A stretch of 50,274 nt of DNA, taken from Actinomycetes bacterium (lineage in GTDB: Bacteria > Actinomycetota > Thermoleophilia > BMS3ABIN01). Both the position numbers and the translations under genes were made by a program. Each line of letters opens with the position of its first letter. Position 1 is the stretch's first letter. A model generated the notes under the pieces. That model was not told the DNA's origin. It searched no databases and saw nothing but the letters and a program-made list of their open reading frames with translations. Positions 31,598 through 40,152 of this stretch are shown one piece after another. The stretch is from contig JAJZQT010000002.1 of assembly GCA_021803005.1 (NCBI GenBank), positions 1-50,274 on the forward strand. The letters run 5' to 3'.

Positions 31598-33295
31598 TTG
31601 GCAAGAAGCTGTAACAGGCCGGTTCAAGCCGCGGAGCGCCACTGCCGATGGTTTTCGACAGAGGGAACCCTTGTCGCGTCAGCAGAAGCCTGCGCGATTT
31701 CCCTCTCCCAGCAAGGGCAGGATCTTTTGGCTACAGACGCGATCGATAACTTCAGGGGCAGTTTGCCCGACCGCCAGTCAGCAAAAAGCGGCCGATTCCG
31801 CCCTGTTTTGCGCTCGCCCTTTTTCTGGATAGCAGGCATCCTTGCAGTCATTGCCGGCGCACAGGTCGGCGCGACCGGCATGCGCGAGATTCAGGAATTC
31901 ATCTTTCTCGGATATTTTCTGCCGATCGCCCTCGCTGCCCGGTATCTATCCCGCGGCCGCGCCCTTGCGGCAACGGCAGCGACGGCCGCCGTTTATATTC
32001 TGGCCTTTATTCCAGACGTGCTGGCGATCGGCGCGGAGCCTGGGGAGCTCTCCGTAGAGCTCCTGGAACGCGTTTTGATGTTCATGGCAGCCGGCATTGT
32101 CCTCAGCAGCGTTCGGTTTGGCCTCACCGGGGAAAAGGAGAGGGCGCTGGAGGCGGAAAGAGACAGGGCAGAGCGCCTGAGCCTGATGCTGGAGATCTCC
32201 ACTACAGTTTCTTCCTCACTGAAGATAGACCAGGTTCTGCAGGTGCTCGCGGTGCGCATCGTCGAAGCGGTTAACGCCACCTTTTGCAGCGTCTTCCTGC
32301 TGGAGGGCGAAAGTGACTATCTTCGGATCGTCGCGGCCCATCCCACTCGCGACCTGAAAATGGAGCCGTCGATTGGCATGACGGTGCCGCTCTCGCAACT
32401 GCCCGAATTCAAGAGGGCCATCGAGACCAAAACCGCGATCATGGCCGGAGGCAGGCGGCTGGAATCAACAGAGGCGGTGGCTGCGCCTCAGTTACAGTAC
32501 ATGCATGACGTCAAATCGCTGATGATCTATCCGCTTGTCGTGGGAGAGAAAGCTGTAGGGGCCGTGGCTATCGGAGAGCATCGCGAATGGGAACGCAGCC
32601 CGATGACCGCGGAAAAAGTTGCGCTCTGCCAAACGATTGTCAACCAGGGAGCCGTGGCTGTCGGCCACGCCCTCAACCACAAGGCGCTCGAGGAAGCGTT
32701 CGTCGGCACCATCCGCTCGCTCGCCGAGGCCATCGATGCCAAGGACCCTTCGACCCGCGGCCATTCCGACTGGGTTTCCAAGTACGCGCTCATGATCGGC
32801 AGACAGATGGGGCTGGCCAACGGAGAACTCGACGAAATTAAATATGCCGGATATCTTCACGACGTGGGCAAGATAGGCATCCCCGATGAAATCCTCGGGA
32901 AAAGCAGCCAGCTGTCGGCGGATGAATGGAAACTGATGAAGAAGCACCCGATCGTCAGCGCGCGCATTCTTGAGCCGGTGCCGATTTCCGGCACGATCAA
33001 GGCCGCCATCCGCCATCATCACGAGCGTTTCGACGGCAAGGGGTATCCATACGGGCTGGCCGGGGAGTCCATCCCGCTGGTCGCGAGGATACTTTCAGTG
33101 GCCGATTCTTACGAAGCCATGACATCCGACCGGCCGTACAGGCGGGCTCTTTCAGATGAACAAGCGGTCGCTGAGCTCGTGCGCTGCTGCGCAACGCAGT
33201 TCGACCCCGGAGTTGTTGACTCATTTCTGGAGTCTCTCGGCAGGACGCCGGCCTCCTCGGCCTCCAGCGAAGCCGGCGAATCCCTCGCCGGTTGA
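31598..33295 (+). CDS. membrane-anchored GAF / HD-GYP domain protein (probable c-di-GMP phosphodiesterase)
   Basis: Hydrophobic N-terminal segments, a central GAF-like region, and a C-terminal HD-GYP domain (GYLHDVGKIGIPDEIL, HHERFDGKGYPYGL, ADSYEAMTSDRPYR). The start codon is uncertain: TTG at 31598 or in-frame TTGs downstream. Confidence 0.8.
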   Translation: MARSCNRPVQAAERHCRWFSTEGTLVASAEACAISLSQQGQDLLATDAIDNFRGSLPDRQSAKSGRFRPVLRSPFFWIAGILAVIAGAQVGATGMREIQEFIFLGYFLPIALAARYLSRGRALAATAATAAVYILAFIPDVLAIGAEPGELSVELLERVLMFMAAGIVLSSVRFGLTGEKERALEAERDRAERLSLMLEISTTVSSSLKIDQVLQVLAVRIVEAVNATFCSVFLLEGESDYLRIVAAHPTRDLKMEPSIGMTVPLSQLPEFKRAIETKTAIMAGGRRLESTEAVAAPQLQYMHDVKSLMIYPLVVGEKAVGAVAIGEHREWERSPMTAEKVALCQTIVNQGAVAVGHALNHKALEEAFVGTIRSLAEAIDAKDPSTRGHSDWVSKYALMIGRQMGLANGELDEIKYAGYLHDVGKIGIPDEILGKSSQLSADEWKLMKKHPIVSARILEPVPISGTIKAAIRHHHERFDGKGYPYGLAGESIPLVARILSVADSYEAMTSDRPYRRALSDEQAVAELVRCCATQFDPGVVDSFLESLGRTPASSASSEAGESLAG

Positions 33296-33354
33296 TCCGC
33301 TCCCCTTTAAGCCGTTCTTAACCTTAAGCCCAGGGGGACGCGTTACAGCTGTAA

Positions 33355-35304
33355 TTACCTGCCTGGCCCCACGTTCGTTCGGCTGTTTTTAAGCAGCTTC
33401 AGCGAGTGCAGGTACAGCGGGCTCCTGCCGCTGCGGATGATATCAGCCTCACGCAGACTGGCCAGCAGCTCCTGGGGTGACGAAAACTTTCTGAGCGAAA
33501 GCATCGCCGTGCCGACTCCCTGGATCACGTGGCAGTCGCTGCCGGCGCCCCCGGGAATATCATATTTTCGGGCCAGCCTCCGCGCCTTTTCGTTGAAGGT
33601 CGTGAACGTAATCCGGGGGTTAAAGACCTCGAGGATATCGATGTCGGCGGCGTTTCTGGCCAGAAGCTCGTATGTGGGAGTCAGGTGCAGGGGGTCAAAA
33701 GGGTGGGGCACATAGACCAGGCCTCCCTGCCCCTTGATCCGTGAGATCGTCTCCTCGGCGGACAGGCCTTTGGGTATCTCCTCACTCAGGTAAAGCCCGA
33801 TGATCTCGCCTTCACGGGTCTTGATTTCAGCACCGACGATCACGTGCATCCCCGCCGGCGCCAGCCGCGCCACCGCCAGGCCGCCGGCGATGGTGTTGTG
33901 ATCGGTGACGGCAATGGCCTCAAGCCCGGACTCTTCGCTGGCGGCCAGCAGCTCTTCGGGAGTCGTGGCGCAGTCCCCGGAAAAACTGGTATGCATATGC
34001 AGGTCGGCGAGGATGGTGCTGCCGGAACGGACCGATTCGATGGCCCCGTGAGGGGGACGTGCCCGCCGCCGGCGGCTGTAGGCCTGATTGTAGGCTTTCT
34101 CGACCCGCGGCGTAATCTTTTCCCAGGAGTATCGGGCAGCTTTGCGCGCCGCCGCGGCTTTAAGCGATCTCCGCTCTTTCTCGCCATGGAGCAGGTCGAC
34201 CAGGCTGGCGGCCAGATTGGAGGAATAGGGGTGATCGAGCAGAAGCCCTTCACTTCCCTCTCCCACGAGCTCCTTGAGCCCGCCCTGTCCGGGCACGATG
34301 ACGGCGATGCCGCAGGCCATGGCTTCCAGGATGGAGCTCGAAAGACTTGAGGCCGCGTAGGGAGCGCAGAGTATGTCCGACTGCTGATATTCCCCGGGCA
34401 GCCGGCCGCCATCGATGACGCCGGCCCAGCCGACCCTTTCGCGCAGCCGGCGGGGGATCAGCAGCCGGCCGCGCCAGGCCAGCGACTCGCCGCCGACGAT
34501 CCCGAGCTCAAACCGCGGTATGTCATCCGGGAGCAACCGGATGGTCCGCGCCAGCAGCCCGAGGCCCTTGCGGGGATCGCTCCAGGCGGCGAAGATTACG
34601 CGCGGCGCCTCCCGTTTCTTTCCGGGGTCCTCGGGCGTCCGGAAGCGGGAGGTGTCGACGCCGCCGCCGATGACGGCATAATCTCCGGGAAAATAGCTGG
34701 AGACCATGCGGCGGGTGTTGTGCGATGTGCAGATACGTCCGTCGAGGCGGGAAAAGAACCGCTCCACCACCGGACGCATGAGCAGGTAGCTCAGGAAGCG
34801 CTCGCCGGCGGTATGGAAGGTGGCGACGGTCGGACTTTGAGCCAGCCTCAGGGCGGTAAAGGAAAGGCCGGGCGGAAAAGGCTCATGCACATGCAGGAGA
34901 TCGAACTTCTCGCTCTCCAGCAGGTCGTTGAGCTGTTCGGTGACTTCGAGCGGCAGGGCCAGGTTGGCCAGTGAATCGCTGTAGGGAACACGGAAAGTCC
35001 CGGTGATCCTGATCAGTTTGTACGGGGGGGTGACGCCGGCGATGCCGGGGTCCCCGGAACCGGCCACGCGGCTGACCGGGGCCAGCTTGCGCGTGCCCCT
35101 GGCGGTGCGCCTGGCGGCCCTTGCCTGCTTGCGGGCGGCGCGCAGTTCGGTTCGTTCCTCCGAGGGCGCGATTACTGAGACCTCATGCCCGTTTTGCGCC
35201 AGAGCCGTCGCCAGTCCAGCGACATACCGGTTGACGCCCCAGACCGATGTCCAGGCGTGTGGGGAAACCAGTGCTATTTTTAGTTTTCCCTGACCGGCGC
35301 GCAT
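33355..35304 (-). CDS. PimA-like GT4 mannosyltransferase fused to a C-terminal PHP-family phosphoesterase domain
   Basis: Residues 1-~415 are collinear with mycobacterial PimA (KIALVSPH, GHEVSVIAPS, FDLLHVHEPFPP, VATFHT, DPRKGLGLL, SILEAMACG). Residues ~430-649 carry PHP motifs (ADLHMHTSFSGD, IAVTDHN, VYVPHPFD, GSDCH). No stop or frameshift separates the two parts. Confidence 0.8.
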   Translation of the reverse strand: MRAGQGKLKIALVSPHAWTSVWGVNRYVAGLATALAQNGHEVSVIAPSEERTELRAARKQARAARRTARGTRKLAPVSRVAGSGDPGIAGVTPPYKLIRITGTFRVPYSDSLANLALPLEVTEQLNDLLESEKFDLLHVHEPFPPGLSFTALRLAQSPTVATFHTAGERFLSYLLMRPVVERFFSRLDGRICTSHNTRRMVSSYFPGDYAVIGGGVDTSRFRTPEDPGKKREAPRVIFAAWSDPRKGLGLLARTIRLLPDDIPRFELGIVGGESLAWRGRLLIPRRLRERVGWAGVIDGGRLPGEYQQSDILCAPYAASSLSSSILEAMACGIAVIVPGQGGLKELVGEGSEGLLLDHPYSSNLAASLVDLLHGEKERRSLKAAAARKAARYSWEKITPRVEKAYNQAYSRRRRARPPHGAIESVRSGSTILADLHMHTSFSGDCATTPEELLAASEESGLEAIAVTDHNTIAGGLAVARLAPAGMHVIVGAEIKTREGEIIGLYLSEEIPKGLSAEETISRIKGQGGLVYVPHPFDPLHLTPTYELLARNAADIDILEVFNPRITFTTFNEKARRLARKYDIPGGAGSDCHVIQGVGTAMLSLRKFSSPQELLASLREADIIRSGRSPLYLHSLKLLKNSRTNVGPGR

Positions 35305-35339
35305 GGCTTAAAGGTTAAAGGAAAGTCCCGGGGGTGGCA

Positions 35340-35365
35340 ACAAAAAGGGCCGCCAAAGGCGGCCC
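35340..35365 (-). terminator. rho-independent terminator after ino1
   Basis: The minus strand reads GGGCCGCC TTT GGCGGCCC TTTTTGTTG: an 8-bp GC stem (35347..35354 / 35358..35365) followed by a T-tract. It lies 72 nt after the ino1 stop and 36 nt before the GT4-PHP start. Confidence 0.75.
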
Positions 35366-35437
35366 TGTGATTGCGCAAACCGAAAAAACCCCGTTATGCA
35401 AACTGATAAGGCCCCGCATGGAGCGGGATCAGCCTTT

Positions 35438-36637
35438 TCAGCCCTTCTTCGGCTTCTTTGCGGTCGATTTTCTGGTGGCCGGTTTCCTGGCAGCGGCCTT
35501 TTTCGCCCCGGTCTTCCTGGCGGCAGGCTTGGCCGCCGCGGCGTCGCCGGTCAGGGCCGCTGATGAAGTGCCGGCGATGAATTCCTCGGTCATGTTGCGG
35601 CAGATATCGTCCGGATGCTGCGCCGGTGGTGACTTCATGAAGTAGGAGGCCGGCCCTTCGAGAGTGCCCGAGATGCCGCGGTCGAGCGCCAGCTTGGCGC
35701 AGCGGACGGCGTCGATGACGATGCCGGCGGAATTGGGAGAGTCGACGACCTCGAGCTTGAGCTCGATGTTAAGCGGCACGTCGCCGAAAGAGCGGCCCTC
35801 GAGGCGGATGTAGGCCCACTTGCGGTCCTGGAGCCAGGCGACGTGGTCGCTGGGACCGATGTGGACGTTGTCGGCGCCGATGTCGTAGTCGATCAGCGAG
35901 GTGACAGCGTTGGTCTTGGAGATCTTCTTGCTCTCAAGGCGCTCGCGCTCAAGCATGTTCATGAAGTCGGAGTTGCCTCCCACGTTGAGCTGGCTGGTGC
36001 GCTCGAGACGGACGCCGCGGTCCAGCATCAGGCTGGCCAGGGTCCGGTGGACGATCGTGGCGCCTACCTGCGATTTGATATCATCACCGATAATTGGTAA
36101 TCCTTTTTCGTGGAAGCGGGCCTGCCAGTAAGGTTCGCGGCCGATGAACACGGGGATGCAGTTGACCATGGCGCATCCGGCCGTGAGGATCTGCTCGGTG
36201 TACCACTTGGTTGCTTCCTCGCTGCCGACCGGCAGGTAGCTGACCACGACGTCGGCGCGGGTGTCCTTGAGGATGCCGACGATGTCGTCGGTGGGGCCGG
36301 GAGCCTTCTTGATGATCTTGGCCATGTACTTGCCGATGCCGTCGTGGGTCATGCCGCGGGCGACCTTGACGCCGGTAGTGGGCACATCGCAGAACCTGAC
36401 GGTGTTGTTGGGGGGCGCATAGATGGCCTCGGCGAGATCCTTGCCGACCTTGTTGGCGTCGATGTCGATGGCCGCCACGAATTCGATGTCACTGATGTGG
36501 TAGCCGCCGAGGTTGACGTGCATGAGGCCGGGGACTTTCTCGCCGGCCTTTGCCTTCCTGTAATATTCCACTCCCTGCACGAACGAGGAGGCGCAGTTTC
36601 CCACGCCGATGATGGCAACTCTCACAGTGTTGCTCAA
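35438..36637 (-). CDS. ino1: myo-inositol-1-phosphate synthase with a basic C-terminal tail
   Basis: TTG start 9 nt after [22 protein letters not shown] Rossmann start and collinearity with bacterial/archaeal Ino1 ([20 protein letters not shown]). The last ~40 aa are Lys/Ala/Pro-rich. Confidence 0.9.
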   Translation of the reverse strand: MSNTVRVAIIGVGNCASSFVQGVEYYRKAKAGEKVPGLMHVNLGGYHISDIEFVAAIDIDANKVGKDLAEAIYAPPNNTVRFCDVPTTGVKVARGMTHDGIGKYMAKIIKKAPGPTDDIVGILKDTRADVVVSYLPVGSEEATKWYTEQILTAGCAMVNCIPVFIGREPYWQARFHEKGLPIIGDDIKSQVGATIVHRTLASLMLDRGVRLERTSQLNVGGNSDFMNMLERERLESKKISKTNAVTSLIDYDIGADNVHIGPSDHVAWLQDRKWAYIRLEGRSFGDVPLNIELKLEVVDSPNSAGIVIDAVRCAKLALDRGISGTLEGPASYFMKSPPAQHPDDICRNMTEEFIAGTSSAALTGDAAAAKPAARKTGAKKAAARKPATRKSTAKKPKKG

Positions 36638-36709
36638 GATATTCTTACCTCCAGGTAGTCAAGGAACGATGCAATAACGCGGCTGCGATAGAGCCCGGCA
36701 GCCGCCGCA

Positions 36710-37342
36710 TCAGGGTTTCTGGTCGCCCTCGCGGGCGGAAGCTTCCGCGAACTGACGCCTGACGTGCAGGATGCGCTGCAGCACGGTGTAAGCGGTCAGC
36801 ACCGCTAGAATATACATCACCACGGCCAGCACGCCAAACTTCTGCAGCAGCAGGCCCGCGCCCAGGAGCACCAGACGCTCGGGCCGGGTCATGAGGCCGA
36901 CCTTGCAATCGAGCCCCAGGGCCTCCGCCCTGGCGCGCGTGTAACTCACCAGGAATGAGCCGATCATGGTGACAAAAGCGGCGCCCACGAGCCAGAGATT
37001 GCCGTCGCGGGCGTAAATGAGGGCGATGGAGGTCAGCACGGCTCCTTCTCCCACCCGGTCGAACGTTGAATCAAGGAAAGCTCCCATCGGCGAAACCTGC
37101 TCTGACAGGCGCGCGACGGCGCCGTCGAGCATGTCGCAGATGCTGCCGACGGTGAAGACGATCGCGGCGGTCACGAAGTGGCCGTACCAGACCAGAACCG
37201 CAGCGGCCAGCGTCAGGGCAAGGCCCAGCACCGTAAGCAGATTGGGTGAGATGCGGGTCCGCCCGATAGCGGCGGTGAGAGGCTTGAATAGCCGTCTGGC
37301 CTCGGTGCTGTAGAAGTACCTCAGCTTTTCAATATAAAGCAT
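36710..37342 (-). CDS. pgsA1: CDP-alcohol phosphatidyltransferase, PgsA1-type phosphatidylinositol-phosphate synthase
   Basis: ORF 36710..37372 (TTG). I prefer the ATG at 37342, 9 nt after AGGAA. D-x2-D-G-x2-A-R...G-x3-D-x3-D motif present (DMLDGAVARLSEQVSPMGAFLDSTFD). ~210 aa with multiple TM segments. The neighbours ino1 and pimA support a PIP synthase role. Confidence 0.78.
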   Translation of the reverse strand: MLYIEKLRYFYSTEARRLFKPLTAAIGRTRISPNLLTVLGLALTLAAAVLVWYGHFVTAAIVFTVGSICDMLDGAVARLSEQVSPMGAFLDSTFDRVGEGAVLTSIALIYARDGNLWLVGAAFVTMIGSFLVSYTRARAEALGLDCKVGLMTRPERLVLLGAGLLLQKFGVLAVVMYILAVLTAYTVLQRILHVRRQFAEASAREGDQKP

Positions 37343-37523
37343 GTGGACAATTTCCTGTTTTTTTCCGGCCAACAGCGTGTGTTCGGGGGAGATTCTAACA
37401 GAAAGCGGACGAAGTATGCCACCGGCGGCTTAAACGGCCGTGGGGCGCCGCGGCGAAAGCCCAGGCAAAAGCCGCGGCCGATCAATTGGAGGATTATACC
37501 CCGGCGTCAGCGAACAGGCTTCC

Positions 37524-38204
37524 ATGATCGGCTGGCAGGAAGAAGTCATCAGGATCATCATAGGGGCGGCCCTTGGCGGGCTGGTTGGCCTGGACCGGGA
37601 AATCCGGGGGCAGGCGGCCGGTCTGCGCACCCACACGCTGGTCGCGGTGGGCTCGACCCTTTTCGCCCTGGTTTCGATCTTTGGGTTCGAAGGCGTCGCC
37701 GGCTCAGCCGGCCAGGTGCTCACCTACGACCCCAGCCGGGTCGCGGCCCAGATCGTCGTCGGCATCGGTTTCCTCGGCGCCGGCGCCATCATGCGCCACG
37801 GCACCAGCGTCAAGGGGCTGACCACGGCCGCGAGCCTTTGGGTGGTGGCGGCGCTGGGGCTGGCGGTCGGCTGTGGTTATTACCTGGGCGCGATCACCGT
37901 GTCAGTCCTGCTGTTTTTGACCCTTCGCGCCATGAGGACGGCTGAGGACTGGCTCATCAACTGGGTGCGGCCCGACGAGGCGACGCTCACCATACGCATC
38001 GAAAACAAGAAGGCCGAAAGCCACGACGTGCTCGAATTCCTTGAACACCGGAAGATCCGCGTTCGCGAACTGAGCGTCGACCGCACTCCCGAGGACACTC
38101 AACTGAGGTTGTATATCAAGCTTCCCGGAGATATAAAACCGGAGCAGGTAGTAAAGGACATCAGCGGGGCGGCGGGCGTCATCGGGGCCCACTGGAAGCG
38201 CTAG
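37524..38204 (+). CDS. mgtC: MgtC/SapB-family membrane protein
   Basis: ORF 37440..38204. The likely start is the ATG at 37524. GLDREIRGQAAGLRTHTLVAVGS... MgtC signature plus a soluble C-terminal domain. Confidence 0.75.
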   Translation: MIGWQEEVIRIIIGAALGGLVGLDREIRGQAAGLRTHTLVAVGSTLFALVSIFGFEGVAGSAGQVLTYDPSRVAAQIVVGIGFLGAGAIMRHGTSVKGLTTAASLWVVAALGLAVGCGYYLGAITVSVLLFLTLRAMRTAEDWLINWVRPDEATLTIRIENKKAESHDVLEFLEHRKIRVRELSVDRTPEDTQLRLYIKLPGDIKPEQVVKDISGAAGVIGAHWKR

Positions 38205-38235
38205 CGATTTTCAAAAAGCAGTTTGCCGGGAAGCG

Positions 38236-40134
38236 CTAGGGCGATTTCCCGACGAAGATGGTGACCGTGGAGCCTTCGTCCACTTTGGTGCCGGCGGCGG
38301 GGTTCTGGTCGTAGACCTTCCCCCAGGTTGCCGGATCGGGGTTGGCTACCTCGCTGACGGATGCAACCAGTCCCTGTGCGGCAATCGCGTTCTGGGCGTC
38401 GGCTTTGGTCATGGCGACGAAGCTTTGCACCGTGACCTTGGCCGGTGCCGGCTGTGGACCCTTGCTCACCACGATACTGACCGCCGTTCCCACTGGGACG
38501 GACTGCCCGGCGGCGGGGTTCTGGCTGATGACCTTCCCCGAACCCACTGAATCGGAAAACTGCTCCGTGGTGGCGCCCAGCGCCAGGTTCGCCTGTGACA
38601 AGCGCGACGAAGCCTGGTCCACGGTCAGGTTGGAGAGATCGGGCACGGTAGTCTGCCTGGGAGGCTCCGCCCCCTTGCTCACGACGTATTTTACCGAGGA
38701 GCCTTTCTGCACCCGGGTGGCGGGATCCGGGTTCTGGCTGATGACGTTGCCTGCCGCGACCGTATCGGAATAGGCGTCGGGCTGCCGGTCGGGGTTGAGC
38801 CCCACCTCCCTTATCTTGGAGTCGGCGAAACTTGCCGACTGGCCGCGAACGTCTGGAACCGGGACCTGGTTGCTGCCCTTGCTGACGACCAGGCGCACGG
38901 AGTCGCCCTTGTGAAGCTTTGAACCCTTGGGCGGGTTCTGGCTGATCACCTTGCCGCTGGGAACCGTATCGCTGAAGTCCTGGGCGTCGAGCTGGGGCGT
39001 CAGGCCCTGCGCCCGGATGGCTTCCTCGGCCTGCGCCTGGTCGAGCCCGACGACGTCGGGAACATCGACATTGGCGGCGCCTCTTCCCTGCGCGAATGCG
39101 AGCATGTAAACTCCTGCGGCCACGGCCAGCAGCGCCAGAACGGCCATAAGGGCATACAGGGCCTTCCTTCTGCCGCTCATCTTCCCGGGCGGCTTTCCCG
39201 CCGCGGAGGCTCCTCTTACCATCGTCCTGGCGGTGTCGTCACCGCGTCCGGGGATGTCCCCGGCCGCAATGACGCTGGTCATGGCGGTGTCCGCGGAGGC
39301 GGCCGGCGCCGCCACCGGCAGATCCTGCCGGCAGCGCTCGAGGTCGGCCAGGAAATTCCCGGCGCTCGGGTAGCGGTCCTCCGGGTTTTTGGCCAGCGCC
39401 CTCATGACCACCGAATTTAGATTGTCCGGAATTTCCGGAACCAGCGCCTGGGGCGGAACCGGCTCGTCGCTCAAGTGCTTGAGGGCGATGGCGACCGGAT
39501 TCTCTCCCTCGAAGGGAACTCTCCCGGTCAGCATCTCGTACAGGACCACTCCCAGGGAATAAAGGTCGGAGCTTTGCTCCACCGCCTTGCCCTTGGCCTG
39601 TTCCGGGGAGAGATACTGGGCGGTGCCGATGATGGAGCCGGTCTCCGTCATCGCCGGTGACGTTCCCGCCCGGGCAATGCCGAAGTCCGTCACCTTCACC
39701 TGGCCGCGTCCGCTGATGACGATGTTGTGCGGTTTGATATCCCGGTGGATGACATTGTGCTCATGCGCGAACTGCAGCGCCAGCAGGATCTGTTCGGCGT
39801 AATCGATCGCCTGCGAGGGCGCCAGCGGCCCCTCGTCCGTGATCACGTCCTTGAGGCTCTTGCCCTCGAGGTATTCCATGGCTATGTAGTAGCTGTCTTC
39901 AGCCTGGCCGCGGTCGTAGATGCTGACTATGTGTGGATGGTTCAGACCGGCGGCCGACTGAGCCTCGCGCCGGAAGCGGGCGACGAACTCGTCGTCGCGG
40001 GCGTAGCGCTTGTAGAGGACTTTGATCGCGACTTCCCTTCCCAGCTGGGTGTCGCGGGCAAGGTAGACGTCGGCCATGCCGCCGCTTCCCAGCCGGCGGA
40101 TGATCTCGTAACGGTTGTCAAGTAGTTCAGCCAT
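38236..40134 (-). CDS. pknB: Ser/Thr protein kinase with four extracellular PASTA domains
   Basis: Kinase motifs GSGGMADVY, VAIK, HRDIKPHN, DFGIA, SPEQ; one TM segment; four PASTA repeats (VPDV.G......A...). Confidence 0.93.
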   Translation of the reverse strand: MAELLDNRYEIIRRLGSGGMADVYLARDTQLGREVAIKVLYKRYARDDEFVARFRREAQSAAGLNHPHIVSIYDRGQAEDSYYIAMEYLEGKSLKDVITDEGPLAPSQAIDYAEQILLALQFAHEHNVIHRDIKPHNIVISGRGQVKVTDFGIARAGTSPAMTETGSIIGTAQYLSPEQAKGKAVEQSSDLYSLGVVLYEMLTGRVPFEGENPVAIALKHLSDEPVPPQALVPEIPDNLNSVVMRALAKNPEDRYPSAGNFLADLERCRQDLPVAAPAASADTAMTSVIAAGDIPGRGDDTARTMVRGASAAGKPPGKMSGRRKALYALMAVLALLAVAAGVYMLAFAQGRGAANVDVPDVVGLDQAQAEEAIRAQGLTPQLDAQDFSDTVPSGKVISQNPPKGSKLHKGDSVRLVVSKGSNQVPVPDVRGQSASFADSKIREVGLNPDRQPDAYSDTVAAGNVISQNPDPATRVQKGSSVKYVVSKGAEPPRQTTVPDLSNLTVDQASSRLSQANLALGATTEQFSDSVGSGKVISQNPAAGQSVPVGTAVSIVVSKGPQPAPAKVTVQSFVAMTKADAQNAIAAQGLVASVSEVANPDPATWGKVYDQNPAAGTKVDEGSTVTIFVGKSP

Positions 40135-40152
40135 GGTATAGATCCTTAATCA

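Noticed and set aside
35334-35645. 103-aa + strand ORF with hydrophobic [30 protein letters not shown] stretch
   Set aside because: It is the antisense reading of the Lys/Ala-rich ino1 tail plus the terminator region. The apparent TM segment is an artefact of complementing AAG/GCC-rich codons.
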